Positions 27,695-38,254 of a DNA stretch of 64,000 nucleotides are shown piece after piece (the stretch's first letter is position 1; every line of letters starts with the position of its first letter). Source of the DNA: Desulfobacter sp. (lineage in GTDB: Bacteria; Desulfobacterota; Desulfobacteria; Desulfobacterales; Desulfobacteraceae); contig CP054837.1 in assembly GCA_028768525.1 (NCBI GenBank), positions 1,391,622-1,455,621 of the forward strand, in the 5' to 3' direction. The position numbers and the translations under genes were made by a program. Below the pieces are notes generated by a model. The model was not told the origin of the DNA, did no database searches, and worked only from the letters and a program-made list of their open reading frames with translations.

Positions 27695-29113
27695 ATGAAA
27701 CCTGTCACCCTTCCTGACCAGGGCCGTTCCTTTGACACGGTTCTGGACGACTTGAAAACATTCGGCCTGGACGATCCGGATTATAAGAACGGAAAGACCT
27801 GGAGCCTTGTCTATTACCGGGATGAGGAATATTCCAACTTTCTGAACGAGGCCGGCCGGCTCTTTGCCTCCACCAACGGCCTCAACCCCATGGCCTTCAA
27901 AAGCTTAAAACGGATGGAGGCTGAAGTGGTACAGATGACGGCTGCCCTCCTCAACGGAGATGAAGGGGCCTGCGGCATCATGACCTCCGGGGGCACGGAA
28001 TCCTGCCTCTTGGCCGTAAAAACCTATAGGGACATGGCAAGAAAAACGAAAAAAATAAAAAAACCTGAAATGATCATCCCGGAATCCGCCCACGTGGCCT
28101 GGGAAAAGGGCGCCCAATACTTTGACGTCAAGCCGGTGCGCATCCCTCTGGGCGAGGATTTCCGGGTGGACATCCATGCTGTGGAACGGGCCGTCACAAA
28201 AAACACGGTGATGATCCTGGGATCGGCCCCGGGCTATCCCCACGGGGTGGTGGACGACATTGAGTACCTGGGGGACCTTGCCGTGGAAAACAATATCCCC
28301 CTCCATGTGGATGCCTGTGTGGGCGGATATCTTCTGCCCTTTGTGGAAAAGCTGGGCTACCATATCTCCCCCTTTGATTTCAGGGTACCCGGGGTGACAT
28401 CCATTTCCGCCGACACCCATAAATACGGATATGCGGCCAAGGGGGCCTCCACTCTCCTCTACCGGGACATGGAGTATATGGCCCACCAATTTTTCATCTC
28501 CACGGAATGGCCCGGCGGGGTATTTGCGTCCCCCGGCATCCTGGGCACCCGGCCCGGCGGCGCCGTTGCCGCGGCCTGGGCGGCCATGCAGGCCATGGGG
28601 CGGGACGGATACCTGGACCATGCCCGGATCATCATGGATACGGCCGCCGCCCTGATCCGGGGCATCAACGCCATTGAAGGCCTGGAAGTGCTGGGACGGC
28701 CCGAGGCCGGTCTTTTCGCCTACAGATCCACGGACAAGGGCCTGAACATCTATGCCGTGGGGGACAGGATGGAAGAAAAAGGATGGCACATCGACCGGCA
28801 GCAGAAGCCTGAAAGCCTCCATGCCATGGTCACCCCCCTTCACCACAAAATGACCAACCAATACCTGGGAGACCTGAAAGAGAGTGTGGAAAAAATCCGG
28901 GCCAATCCTGAGCTTGGCCTCAGCGGCAGCGCCGCCACCTACGGCATGGTATCCAAGGTGCCCATGCGGAAAATGGTGAAAAAAAATGTCTTGGACATCA
29001 TGAAACAGTCCTACGGCCCCGGAGGCATGTCGCTGGATCTCAATGCCCAGGACGGGAAATACGCCGGATGGGCAGAAAAACTGGGCCGACTGTTTTTAAG
29101 GTTCCGGTCCTGA
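27695..29113 (+). CDS. Group II PLP enzyme, sphingosine-1-phosphate lyase-like
   Basis: NPMAFKSLKRMEAEVV, TSGGTES, HVDACVGG, SISADTHKYGY (PLP Lys), WPGG..SP.ILGTRPG; GAGGA RBS before ATG 27695. Confidence 0.8.
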   Translation: MKPVTLPDQGRSFDTVLDDLKTFGLDDPDYKNGKTWSLVYYRDEEYSNFLNEAGRLFASTNGLNPMAFKSLKRMEAEVVQMTAALLNGDEGACGIMTSGGTESCLLAVKTYRDMARKTKKIKKPEMIIPESAHVAWEKGAQYFDVKPVRIPLGEDFRVDIHAVERAVTKNTVMILGSAPGYPHGVVDDIEYLGDLAVENNIPLHVDACVGGYLLPFVEKLGYHISPFDFRVPGVTSISADTHKYGYAAKGASTLLYRDMEYMAHQFFISTEWPGGVFASPGILGTRPGGAVAAAWAAMQAMGRDGYLDHARIIMDTAAALIRGINAIEGLEVLGRPEAGLFAYRSTDKGLNIYAVGDRMEEKGWHIDRQQKPESLHAMVTPLHHKMTNQYLGDLKESVEKIRANPELGLSGSAATYGMVSKVPMRKMVKKNVLDIMKQSYGPGGMSLDLNAQDGKYAGWAEKLGRLFLRFRS

Positions 29114-29118
29114 AGGGC

Positions 29119-29652
29119 TCACCCGCTGACCATGGCCTTTAAACGGCCTAAAATTTCGGGAAAGTCCTTTTCCGGAAGGGCCTGGGCCATTGACCGGAAC
29201 ACCTCCCGGACCACGGCGGTTTTGGGCCGGGGAGAAAGCATCTGGACCTCAATGGTTTTGATATCCATGACCACGGTTTCAAGGGTTTGATACGCCCCGG
29301 ACCGGGTCTCCAGAGAAGATTTGACCTCGGCCAGGAGCGCCTCCGTATTGCTCCGGTCCTGGTCCGTGAGTGAGGTTTCGCCGCTGAGAGAGGGAACTGC
29401 GGCCGGATCCTGGACCGGGGCCACGCCCAGCGCCTTCATCCCAATGGGGGTGATACCGATGCCCCCGGACAGGGTTTTCAACTCGGCATATCCGCCCATG
29501 AACAGGACTTCGGCCATATGGGCGGCCTCATCCCTTTCAAGCCCCAGGGCCTCTCCCACCTCATACATGGAAACCTGGGCGTCCGGGTCGGCGCCGGCGA
29601 TTTCATTGAGCTGGTACAGATAGGCCTGAACCTCTGGGGAATCGACATCCAT
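29119..29652 (-). CDS. Hypothetical protein with an N-terminal winged-helix-like domain
   Basis: GGAGG RBS; VSMYEVGEALGLERDEAAHMAEVL...GITPIG. Confidence 0.7.
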   Translation of the reverse strand: MDVDSPEVQAYLYQLNEIAGADPDAQVSMYEVGEALGLERDEAAHMAEVLFMGGYAELKTLSGGIGITPIGMKALGVAPVQDPAAVPSLSGETSLTDQDRSNTEALLAEVKSSLETRSGAYQTLETVVMDIKTIEVQMLSPRPKTAVVREVFRSMAQALPEKDFPEILGRLKAMVSG

Positions 29653-29715
29653 AAACGCCTCCTCTTTCAACCGTTGTTGTTAAATTTCACCTGCCCGTCC
29701 TGGATGAAAATACAA

Positions 29716-29744
29716 CTCCCGGCCCGGGCAATCCGGGCCGGGAG
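29716..29744 (-). terminator. Intrinsic terminator of the small Cys-rich gene
   Basis: 12-bp stem CTCCCGGCCCGG / CCGGGCCGGGAG followed by TTGTATTTTC on the minus strand. Confidence 0.75.
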
Positions 29745-29767
29745 CGGTGATTACAAGCGGGGGATTA

Positions 29768-29926
29768 TCAAGACATGCAGCCGTCATCTTCCTTAAGGAT
29801 CTTTGCGTAGCATTCACTTTTTTCCTTATCGTCCTGTGATTTCTCATCGCAGTCCATCATTTTCTCGACCACTTTCTTCTGGTCCGCTGCATCGCAATAG
29901 TTTTTTTTCTTATTGGATTCGGTCAT
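29768..29926 (-). CDS. 52-aa charged four-cysteine small protein
   Basis: MTESNKKKNYCDAADQKKVVEKMMDCDEKSQDDKEKSECYAKILKEDDGCMS; TAAGGAG RBS; double stop TGA TAA; below the ORF-track size cutoff. Confidence 0.75.
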   Translation of the reverse strand: MTESNKKKNYCDAADQKKVVEKMMDCDEKSQDDKEKSECYAKILKEDDGCMS

Positions 29927-30044
29927 GGCGGTTCTCCTTATGCTAAAATGTCCCGTCTTCTTTTACCCAGCGTTTTTTCTACCGGAACGTCCTATGGTCA
30001 TCTTACGGTTACATGTATATAAGCTAACGCCGGCGGCGGGAATG

Positions 30045-30482
30045 TCAACCGGGGAAACGCAGCGGCGGCACCCCCTTTTTGGCCCGGATCCAGTTGGTCC
30101 CCTTTTGGATCCCGGGCTGGCTGGCCAGAATCAGGAGAAGTTTCTTCTTACCGGGAAAATCAATCAGCAGCAGGCCGGCCAACATAGTCAACAGGCCCTG
30201 GCCCGGAATGAAAAGCATGATAATCCCCCCTGCCAGCAGGATGAGGCCCGCCAGATTTTTCATTACCGCCAGAACCATTTTCCCCGGTGAAAGGGGCTTG
30301 TTTTTCCTAACCCCCCCGCCGTCACGGGCCAGGTCAAGAAAAAAGGTTTCCGGTATCCTGGCCAGGATCCATGGCAGCGCCGCCAAGCTGAATAAAAAAA
30401 AGAACAATGAAAGTGCGGAAAGCCAGAGCAAGGTGGTTTTATATGCCAGGAGAATCTCCATCATGGCCAGAGGATATACCAC
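30045..30482 (-). CDS. PGPGW-domain membrane protein
   Basis: GIIMLFIPGQGLLTMLAGLLLIDFPGK motif. Confidence 0.8.
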   Translation of the reverse strand: MVYPLAMMEILLAYKTTLLWLSALSLFFFLFSLAALPWILARIPETFFLDLARDGGGVRKNKPLSPGKMVLAVMKNLAGLILLAGGIIMLFIPGQGLLTMLAGLLLIDFPGKKKLLLILASQPGIQKGTNWIRAKKGVPPLRFPG

Positions 30483-30553
30483 GAGATCTCCCTCCAGGAA
30501 ACAAAAAAACCTTTGACACCGCCACCGGGTTCATGCATAAAGACCAACCTGTA

Positions 30554-30796
30554 ATGAACGCCTTAAAAATTCCATATGACCAGCTCACCCCCGAGGCCCT
30601 TAACGGGGTGATTGAAGAATTTGTCACCCGTGACGGCACGGACTACGGTGAACATGAGGTCTCCCTGGAAACAAAGATCAGCCAGGTGCTGACCCACCTC
30701 AAAACCGGCAGGGCCGTTATCGTATTCGACCCGGAATCCGAAACCTGCAATATTCTGAGGGCCGATGATCCTGCCCTGGGCCGTCTCAAAGGATAA
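30554..30796 (+). CDS. YheU/UPF0270 family protein
   Basis: IPYDQLTPEALNGVIEEFVTRDGTDYG. Confidence 0.85.
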   Translation: MNALKIPYDQLTPEALNGVIEEFVTRDGTDYGEHEVSLETKISQVLTHLKTGRAVIVFDPESETCNILRADDPALGRLKG

Positions 30797-30800
30797 TCCC

Positions 30801-31028
30801 GTGGGAATCCCAGTGGAACCCGATAAAGCGGCATTCGCCGCCCTGGCCAACACCCGGATGCCCTTTGGCAAATACAAGGGACTGCGGCTGGTGGACCTGC
30901 CCGAACCCTATCTTGTCTGGTTTTCCCAAAAGGGCTTTCCCGCAGGCAAGCTCGGGGAGATGCTCAAAACCGTATACGAAATCAAGCGGAACGGGCTTGA
31001 ATACCTTTTCAACGGCCCTGGATTCTAA
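30801..31028 (+). CDS. DUF3820 family protein
   Basis: MPFGKYKG..LVDLPEPYLVWF..KGFP.GKLG. Confidence 0.85.
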   Translation: MGIPVEPDKAAFAALANTRMPFGKYKGLRLVDLPEPYLVWFSQKGFPAGKLGEMLKTVYEIKRNGLEYLFNGPGF

Positions 31029-31324
31029 ATCTTCAGCACCATAAACACATAGTCGCCGTTGTTGATGTCAATGGTCAGATTTGCTCCCCGTCCTTGGGCA
31101 TACCGTATCCAGAACGGCCGGTCATTAACCCCGCATTCATAATCGGGATGGGATTCCCCGGTGATCCCGTTTTTCCAGGAAAGGATCATGGGGTGGTCGC
31201 AAAATTCAAAGGCCTTGCCCTTTGCCGCTGCTTTGGCTGCTGCAAAATCCAGATTTTCTGTTGAAATGTTCATCGTGATATATTCATCGGACTGGTTATC
31301 CGTGACATGGTGAATTTGTGCCAT
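31025..31324 (-). CDS. AF1514 family protein
   Basis: PMILSW...RPFWIRYAQGRGANLTIDINNGDYVF; GAGG RBS before ATG 31324. Confidence 0.7.
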   Translation of the reverse strand: MAQIHHVTDNQSDEYITMNISTENLDFAAAKAAAKGKAFEFCDHPMILSWKNGITGESHPDYECGVNDRPFWIRYAQGRGANLTIDINNGDYVFMVLKI

Positions 31325-31463
31325 AATCACCTCTCTGTGTATTCTTGGGATATGGGCTCCTTTAAAAAAGAAGCCGGACAGATATAAAAAAGATAAGGCC
31401 GGAATTCCATTTGACAAGAATCGGGCGCCGCAGTAGAACCCCCAAAATGGGACAAAAGAGGTT

Positions 31464-32177
31464 ATGGGGAAAAAAAAGAAAAAAAACGTCGGAAAAACAC
31501 TGCGAGGCTGGTTGGTAAAAACCGGACTGAAACTCTGCCTGGCAGCGATCCTGCTCTCATCACTCCAGGTGCTGGCCGTAAAATTCATCAACCCGCCGGG
31601 CACCGTGAATATGGCCTATGAATGGATCAGGGGAAACTATTTTGACGCCCCCTATGTCACACCGGCCTGGGAATGGAAAAAAATAGAACACATATCCCCC
31701 CATCTGCGCCGGGCAGTCCTGGCCTCCGAGGACCAGCGGTTCCTCACCCATAACGGATTTGATTTCACGGAAATCAAAAATGTCATAAGAGATCTCATGG
31801 CCAGGGGACGGTTCCGGGGGGCCTCCACCATCAGCATGCAGACGGCCCGTTCCCTGTTTCTCCCGTCATCCAGAAGCCTGGTGCGCAAACTCGCAGAGGC
31901 CTGGTACACTGTACTCATTGAATTGTTTTGGGATAAGAAACGGATACTTGAGGTATATTTAAATACGGTGGACTGGGGAACGGGAATCGTGGGGGCCCAG
32001 GCCGGTGCCCGGGCCTATTTTTCATGCGATGCCGGACAGCTGGCGCCTGCCCAGGCCGCTGCCATGGCCGCCGTCCTGCCCAGCCCCCATAAATGGTCGG
32101 CAAAACACCCCGGCCCCCACGTCAAACAGCGCAGGTCCCGGATACTCCGCCAGATGAAAAATATGCCTTTGCTGTAA
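31464..32177 (+). CDS. mtgA: Monofunctional peptidoglycan transglycosylase
   Basis: ASEDQRF..HNGFD, RGASTISMQTARSLFL, KKRILEVYLN. Confidence 0.9.
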   Translation: MGKKKKKNVGKTLRGWLVKTGLKLCLAAILLSSLQVLAVKFINPPGTVNMAYEWIRGNYFDAPYVTPAWEWKKIEHISPHLRRAVLASEDQRFLTHNGFDFTEIKNVIRDLMARGRFRGASTISMQTARSLFLPSSRSLVRKLAEAWYTVLIELFWDKKRILEVYLNTVDWGTGIVGAQAGARAYFSCDAGQLAPAQAAAMAAVLPSPHKWSAKHPGPHVKQRRSRILRQMKNMPLL

Positions 32178-32192
32178 AAGGCCGGCAGCGGC

Positions 32193-33293
<1,101 letters not shown>

Positions 33294-33491
33294 AATTTTT
33301 CCTATCCGGATATTTAGATGTATGCGTTCCTGCATTGCAGGATCCCTTCAGCCCGCCCGCTTTCCACCGAGCGTCAATAAGGTAACAATATCCTGCAATT
33401 CAATTGGGAGCTATATATCAATTCGGAATAATTTTGTCTAATTGAAATCGGGAAATTCAAAGGGAAGAGACACCCTGTGTCCGGGCATAAA

Positions 33492-33518
33492 AAAAGCAGC
33501 TGAAACACAGCTGCTTTT
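33492..33518. terminator. Terminator downstream of tRNA-His
   Basis: AAAAGCAGCTG-N5-CAGCTGCTTTT. Confidence 0.8.
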
Positions 33519-33530
33519 ATTGCTTTATTG

Positions 33531-33607
33531 TGGGGTGAGTGACCGGGATTGAACCGGCGACAACCAGGGCCACAACCTAGTGCTCTACCGACTGAGCTAC
33601 ACCCACC
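33531..33607 (-). tRNA. tRNA-His (GUG)
   Basis: GGTGGGTGTAGCTCAGTCGGTAGAGCACTAGGTTGTGGCCCTGGTTGTCGCCGGTTCAATCCCGGTCACTCACCCCA; G-1:C73 pair, GTG anticodon, encoded CCA. Confidence 0.97.
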
Positions 33608-33694
33608 GCAAAAACCAGGCTAAGATATCAAAACAATTTTCCTTTGGCAAGCTTTTTTTATAAAATGATTAAAATTTCATCATCGATTAAAAGA

Positions 33695-33723
33695 TTGACC
33701 TGGCACCCGGGTTTGACTATTAT
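33695..33723 (+). promoter_or_regulatory. Sigma70-type promoter for the small gene and selB
   Basis: TTGACC-N17-TATTAT. Confidence 0.55.
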
Positions 33724-33767
33724 CCTTTGATTATGAATTGCGACAACAAGTAAGGACCTTAATATAT

Positions 33768-33938
33768 ATGAATGCATTGATTATTTTTACGGTGCGCCTG
33801 ATCATGGGCCTGGCTTTCGGCATCATCCTGACCCGGCTGTTCAGGCCGGATTGGGGAATTTTTCACGGGGCGGCAACCGGGGTGATCCTGGTGGCCCTGG
33901 CCTACGGCATGAGTTTTTTCAGAAAATCCAAAGACTAA
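33768..33938 (+). CDS. Small two-TM membrane protein
   Basis: MNALIIFTVRLIMGLAFGIILTRLF...ILVALAYGMSFFRKSKD; AAGGA upstream. Confidence 0.65.
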   Translation: MNALIIFTVRLIMGLAFGIILTRLFRPDWGIFHGAATGVILVALAYGMSFFRKSKD

Positions 33939-33950
33939 CGGATAATATTC

Positions 33951-35864
33951 GTGGACAATATAATTTTAGGCACGGCAGGACACATTGATCATGGAAAGAC
34001 CAGCCTGGTCAAGGCATTGACCGGGGTTGAAACCGACCGCCTCAAAGAGGAAAAAGAGCGGGGCATCACCATAGAACTGGGATTTGCCTCCCTGGATCTT
34101 CCCAACGGACAGCACATCGGCATCGTGGATATGCCGGGCCACGAGAAATTTGTAAAGAATATGGTGGCCGGTTCCTCGGGCATTGATGTGGTGGTGATGG
34201 TGATTGCCGCAGATGAGGGCGTCATGCCCCAGACCCGTGAGCATATGGAAATCTGCAACCTCATGGGCATCCGCCACGGCATGATCGCCCTGACCAAGAC
34301 CGATCTTGTGGATGAAGACTTGCTTGAACTGGCCCTGGAAGATATCAACGACTTTGTGGCAGAGACCTTTCTGGAAGAAAAACCCATTGTGCCGGTATCA
34401 TCCGCCACAGGCCAGGGCCTGGAAAAATTCACAGCCACCCTTGAAGATATCTGCAGCCAACTGCCGGAACGAAAATATTCTTCCATATTCCGCCTTCCCG
34501 TGGACCGGGTGTTCTCCATGAAGGGATTTGGCACCGTCATCACCGGGACCCTGATATCCGGCCAGGTTAACGTGGGGGATGACATCATGGTCTACCCCAA
34601 AAAAATCACCTCCAAAGTCAGGGGGATTCAGGTCCACTCCAGTGCCGTTGACAATGCTGCCGCCGGCACCCGGACCGCCATCAATTTCCAGGGCCTGGAC
34701 CGGGAATCCGTGGTCCGGGGGGATATACTCTCCTCGCCTGGCACTCTTATCGAGAGCTATATGGTGGATGCTGATTTCCATTTTCTGAAAAGCAATGCCA
34801 AACCGGCCAAGGCCAGAACCCGGGTGCGCTTCCATTCCGGCACCAGTGAAATCCTGGGGTATATGGTTCTCCTTGACCGGGAGGAACTTCTGCCGGGGGA
34901 TTCAGCCCCGGTGCAGTTCCGCCTGGAGGCACCGGTCTGCTGCATCAAGGATGACCGCTACGTGGTCCGGTCATACTCACCGGTGAAAACCATCGGCGGC
35001 GGCACCATCCTGAACCCCGCCTCCCAGAAGCATAAATTAAACGATCCTGACGTTATCCAGGGCCTTGCCGACCTGCTCACAGAGGACCATGAAAAAACCC
35101 TTTCATACTTTCTTTCCCAGAGAGGATTTGCCGGGCTCTCCCTCACCGACCTGAGGGTGATGGCCAATATCCCGGATAAAAAGCTGGCCGCCACCCTCCA
35201 GAAAATGCTGGCCAGACAGGAAATCATCCAGACAGACAAGGAAAGGCAAATATATGTCCACGGCAGGGTGTTTGACAATTTCAAAGAAAAGTCACTGAAG
35301 CTGCTGGCCGCCTACCACGAAGCCAATCCCTTAAAGGAGGGCATGCCCGCCCAGGAACTGAAATCCAAATTCAAATACGTGGATGACGCCCGGTTCTTTA
35401 ATATCCTGTTCAACCGCCTGGAAAAAGAAAAGGCAATTATCCAGGACAAAAACCTGGTCAAACTGGACGGGTTTGAGGTGGCACTGCAGGTGGACCAGCA
35501 TGAAATAAAGGAAAAAATCCTGGGGATTTACAAAACGTCAGGCCTCACCCCGCCTTTTTTCAGGACCATCTGTCAGGATCTGGACCTTGACCAGAAAACG
35601 GCCAAGGATGTACTCCAGATGCTCATCGATGAAAAAGAAGTGGTTAAAACCAAAGATGACCTGTTTTTCGGGGCGGGTGCCATTGCCGACCTTGAAACAA
35701 AACTCATTGAATTTTTAAAGGCAAATGAAAAAATCACCACTCCGGAATTCAAAGATATGACCGGTATTTCAAGAAAATTCGTTATCCCCCTGATTGAATA
35801 TTTTGATTCCACCCGCCTGACCATCCGGGTGGGGGACCACCGGCAATTGAGGCGTCAGGTCTAA
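33951..35864 (+). CDS. selB: Selenocysteine-specific elongation factor
   Basis: [29 protein letters not shown]; C-terminal winged helices with [14 protein letters not shown]. Confidence 0.97.
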   Translation: MDNIILGTAGHIDHGKTSLVKALTGVETDRLKEEKERGITIELGFASLDLPNGQHIGIVDMPGHEKFVKNMVAGSSGIDVVVMVIAADEGVMPQTREHMEICNLMGIRHGMIALTKTDLVDEDLLELALEDINDFVAETFLEEKPIVPVSSATGQGLEKFTATLEDICSQLPERKYSSIFRLPVDRVFSMKGFGTVITGTLISGQVNVGDDIMVYPKKITSKVRGIQVHSSAVDNAAAGTRTAINFQGLDRESVVRGDILSSPGTLIESYMVDADFHFLKSNAKPAKARTRVRFHSGTSEILGYMVLLDREELLPGDSAPVQFRLEAPVCCIKDDRYVVRSYSPVKTIGGGTILNPASQKHKLNDPDVIQGLADLLTEDHEKTLSYFLSQRGFAGLSLTDLRVMANIPDKKLAATLQKMLARQEIIQTDKERQIYVHGRVFDNFKEKSLKLLAAYHEANPLKEGMPAQELKSKFKYVDDARFFNILFNRLEKEKAIIQDKNLVKLDGFEVALQVDQHEIKEKILGIYKTSGLTPPFFRTICQDLDLDQKTAKDVLQMLIDEKEVVKTKDDLFFGAGAIADLETKLIEFLKANEKITTPEFKDMTGISRKFVIPLIEYFDSTRLTIRVGDHRQLRRQV

Positions 35865-35887
35865 ATCAGCCGCTGTCATCAAACCGT

Positions 35888-35924
35888 ACACCACCCCTGC
35901 AGGAGAATTCTGCAGGGGTGGTGT
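35888..35924. terminator. Bidirectional terminator between selB and the CGGC gene
   Basis: 15-bp perfect stem ACACCACCCCTGCAG / CTGCAGGGGTGGTGT. Confidence 0.8.
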
Positions 35925-35944
35925 TGTATTTTGTCCTGACGGGA

Positions 35945-36322
35945 TTATTTCACTTCCGGAACATACCCTTTAGGCAGATGTGCAGATCCCAAAACACAGG
36001 GCAGACCAGTTCCTTCGGCCACCTTTTGGGCGATGGCCTCAATATGATCGCAAAACCCCCCTTTATCTTTATCCCATCCGTTTTCGGTTTTTCCGGCAAA
36101 GGCGCAAGTGCAGAAATGAATGGCCTGTGCCCCCTTTGCTTTTAGAATTTTCCCGTAATCCACCACATTATCTCCGGGACACCGGCAGGTAAAAACGCCG
36201 GCCGGGCTGCACGAATCATAGCGGGCAAAGCCCTGGCTGTTTTCCATCATGGACTTAAAACAACTGGTCAGGGGACACCTGTTCTCATTTTTCTCACACC
36301 GGATAATGGCTACCTTTGTCAT
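35945..36322 (-). CDS. CGGC-domain Cys-rich protein
   Basis: IIRC...CPLTSC...FTCRCPG...IHFCTC...C...GSAH pattern. Confidence 0.8.
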   Translation of the reverse strand: MTKVAIIRCEKNENRCPLTSCFKSMMENSQGFARYDSCSPAGVFTCRCPGDNVVDYGKILKAKGAQAIHFCTCAFAGKTENGWDKDKGGFCDHIEAIAQKVAEGTGLPCVLGSAHLPKGYVPEVK

Positions 36323-36352
36323 TATATTCTCCTTGCATTCTGCATCCGCTTG

Positions 36353-36847
36353 CTATTGTCTTCGACCCAGTCCCTGTCCCATTCCACGGCCCCGGCCCAT
36401 CCCGCGCCCCCGGCCCATTCCGCCGGCGGCCCTGCATCCGCCGCCCCGGGCACTGCCGTATCCCGCATTGCCTGATGGGGCTTCTATCCCGGACTTTTCC
36501 GGAACGGTTGCCCCGGCAGCGGGCGCCAGTTCGCCCCGGTTAAACCGGTCAATTGCCTCTCCCACAATCCCCGCCTGCCCCGCATAGACCTTAACACCCG
36601 AGGCGGAGAGTACATCCATGGCATTGGGCCCGCAACTACCTGTGATTACGGCTCCGGCCCCTTTGTCAATTACTAAACCTGCCGTTTGAATGCCGGCACC
36701 GCCCCCAAGATTCCTGTTGCCATTGGATATGGCTTCAACACTTTTATCTTTGGTATCCACGATCAGTATATATTCACACCGGCCGAACCTGGGATTGATC
36801 TCAGCACCCAGATCTTCACCGTATGCGCTTACAGCTACTTTCATCAC
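36353..36847 (-). CDS. NifB/NifX (orange protein/MTH1175-like) family protein with a Gly/Arg-rich tail
   Basis: INPRFGRCEY, GGGAGIQTA, VITGSCGPNA; tail (GMGRGR)x3. Confidence 0.88.
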   Translation of the reverse strand: MMKVAVSAYGEDLGAEINPRFGRCEYILIVDTKDKSVEAISNGNRNLGGGAGIQTAGLVIDKGAGAVITGSCGPNAMDVLSASGVKVYAGQAGIVGEAIDRFNRGELAPAAGATVPEKSGIEAPSGNAGYGSARGGGCRAAGGMGRGRGMGRGRGMGQGLGRRQ

Positions 36848-36914
36848 GCCTCCTTGCTAAAGGATTAACAAACTTTATTTAGCTTTCCAAGCTTTGACGC
36901 CCAACCATTAAGAC

Positions 36915-36930
36915 AGCAAAGACTGTGCCA
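36915..36930 (-). promoter_or_regulatory. Sigma54 (-24/-12) promoter
   Basis: Minus strand TGGCACAGTCTTTGCT, a perfect TGGCAC-N5-TTGCW, about 70 nt upstream of the NifX-like gene. Confidence 0.85.
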
Positions 36931-37057
36931 CTTATTAGCAAGCCACGCTTTTTGAAGGTTTTAGAATAAATTCAGCAAGATAAAAGATACAATCGAACAC
37001 ATGGCGTCAAAAAAAGGGTCGCAAAATTGCAATCATTGGATCAAACCGGGTTCCAAT

Positions 37058-38254
37058 TCAGGAGATATCGTCTGGCAGTTCCTTGGCAAATGCCTCCACA
37101 ATACTATCCAGCCGGGCCCAGCCCGCCAATGTCAAGACAAATGCGTCTCCCGCTTTGGAAAACCGCCCCAGCCCATCCTCTGCCAGGCGATCTGCCAAGA
37201 TATTGAAATCGCGTTGAAACCCGGCCCCCGGCAATGCGTCAAAGGCTGGGATATCAATCCCTTTTGATCTGCGGAGCCCGACCATGATCCGTTCCAGCAT
37301 TTGCTGGCCCGGGGTCAGGCATTCATGATCCCCAACGGGGAGGCATTCCCGGGTTAATGCGGATATATATTGATTTAGATTAGAGACATTCCAGGACCGG
37401 ACATATTCGACCTCCCCGGCACGTCCAAGCCGAATACCATAGGAATGGGCCGAGGGGCCGAAACCGTCGTAGGGAACCATCTTCCAATAGGCTGAATTGT
37501 GACGGGACTCCCATTTTTTTTCCCGGAAAAAATTGGATATCTCATAGTGACTGAAACCGGCCGCTTCCAGGTATATGGAGGTGAACCGGAAACGATCCAC
37601 CTGTGCCGGGCCGCCCATGGGAGTGACGAGCCCCTTTTCCCACGACCTGTACAGGGGAGTGCCGGGTTCCAGGGTCAGCATGTAGCAGGAGAGGTGTTCA
37701 GGGGAAAATGAAAGCGCCCTGTCCATTTCCTCCTGCCAGTCGCCTTCGGCTTCTCCGGGAAGCCCGTAGATCAAATCCAGCCCCAGATTATCAAACCCGG
37801 CAACCCTGGCCGCATCAATGGCACGGGCCGCCCGGCTCCCGGTGTGTATCCGTCCCAGCAGTGCCAGCCGCCCATCCTCAAAGGACTGGATTCCCAGGCT
37901 CAGACGGTTGACCCCCACCTTCCGCAGGGCCTTCAGATATGTCCGGTCCAAGGTGCCGGGGTTGGCTTCAAGGGTAATTTCCGCGGAGGGTGCAAGGGAA
38001 TAATATCTGGATACCGTCTCCAGGATTTTTTCAATGGCGGCAGGCAACAGAACCGACGGGGTCCCCCCACCGAAATAGATTGTCTTCACAGCAGTTCGGT
38101 CACGGCGGCCGGGCCTTTGGGACCGCAACCGGATCTCCTCCACCAGGGCCGGGACATAATCCGAGGTCCGGGACAGATCCGTTTCCGAATAGAAATCGCA
38201 GTATCTGCACTTTTTAAGGCAGAAAGGCACATGGATATAAATGTGTTCAGACAA
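37058..38254 (-). CDS. hemW: Radical SAM heme chaperone HemW
   Basis: YIHVPFCLKKCRYCDF, GGGTPS, EANP, YEISNF, HNSAYW. Confidence 0.88.
   Translation of the reverse strand: MSEHIYIHVPFCLKKCRYCDFYSETDLSRTSDYVPALVEEIRLRSQRPGRRDRTAVKTIYFGGGTPSVLLPAAIEKILETVSRYYSLAPSAEITLEANPGTLDRTYLKALRKVGVNRLSLGIQSFEDGRLALLGRIHTGSRAARAIDAARVAGFDNLGLDLIYGLPGEAEGDWQEEMDRALSFSPEHLSCYMLTLEPGTPLYRSWEKGLVTPMGGPAQVDRFRFTSIYLEAAGFSHYEISNFFREKKWESRHNSAYWKMVPYDGFGPSAHSYGIRLGRAGEVEYVRSWNVSNLNQYISALTRECLPVGDHECLTPGQQMLERIMVGLRRSKGIDIPAFDALPGAGFQRDFNILADRLAEDGLGRFSKAGDAFVLTLAGWARLDSIVEAFAKELPDDIS

Noticed and set aside
33701-33717. TGGCACCCGGGTTTGAC as a sigma54 site before selB
   Set aside because: It has no GC at GG-N10; it is the spacer of the sigma70-type promoter
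36378-36430. 18-nt GC-rich tandem repeats
   Set aside because: They encode the GMGRGR tail common in NifX/ORP-family proteins and are not a separate element
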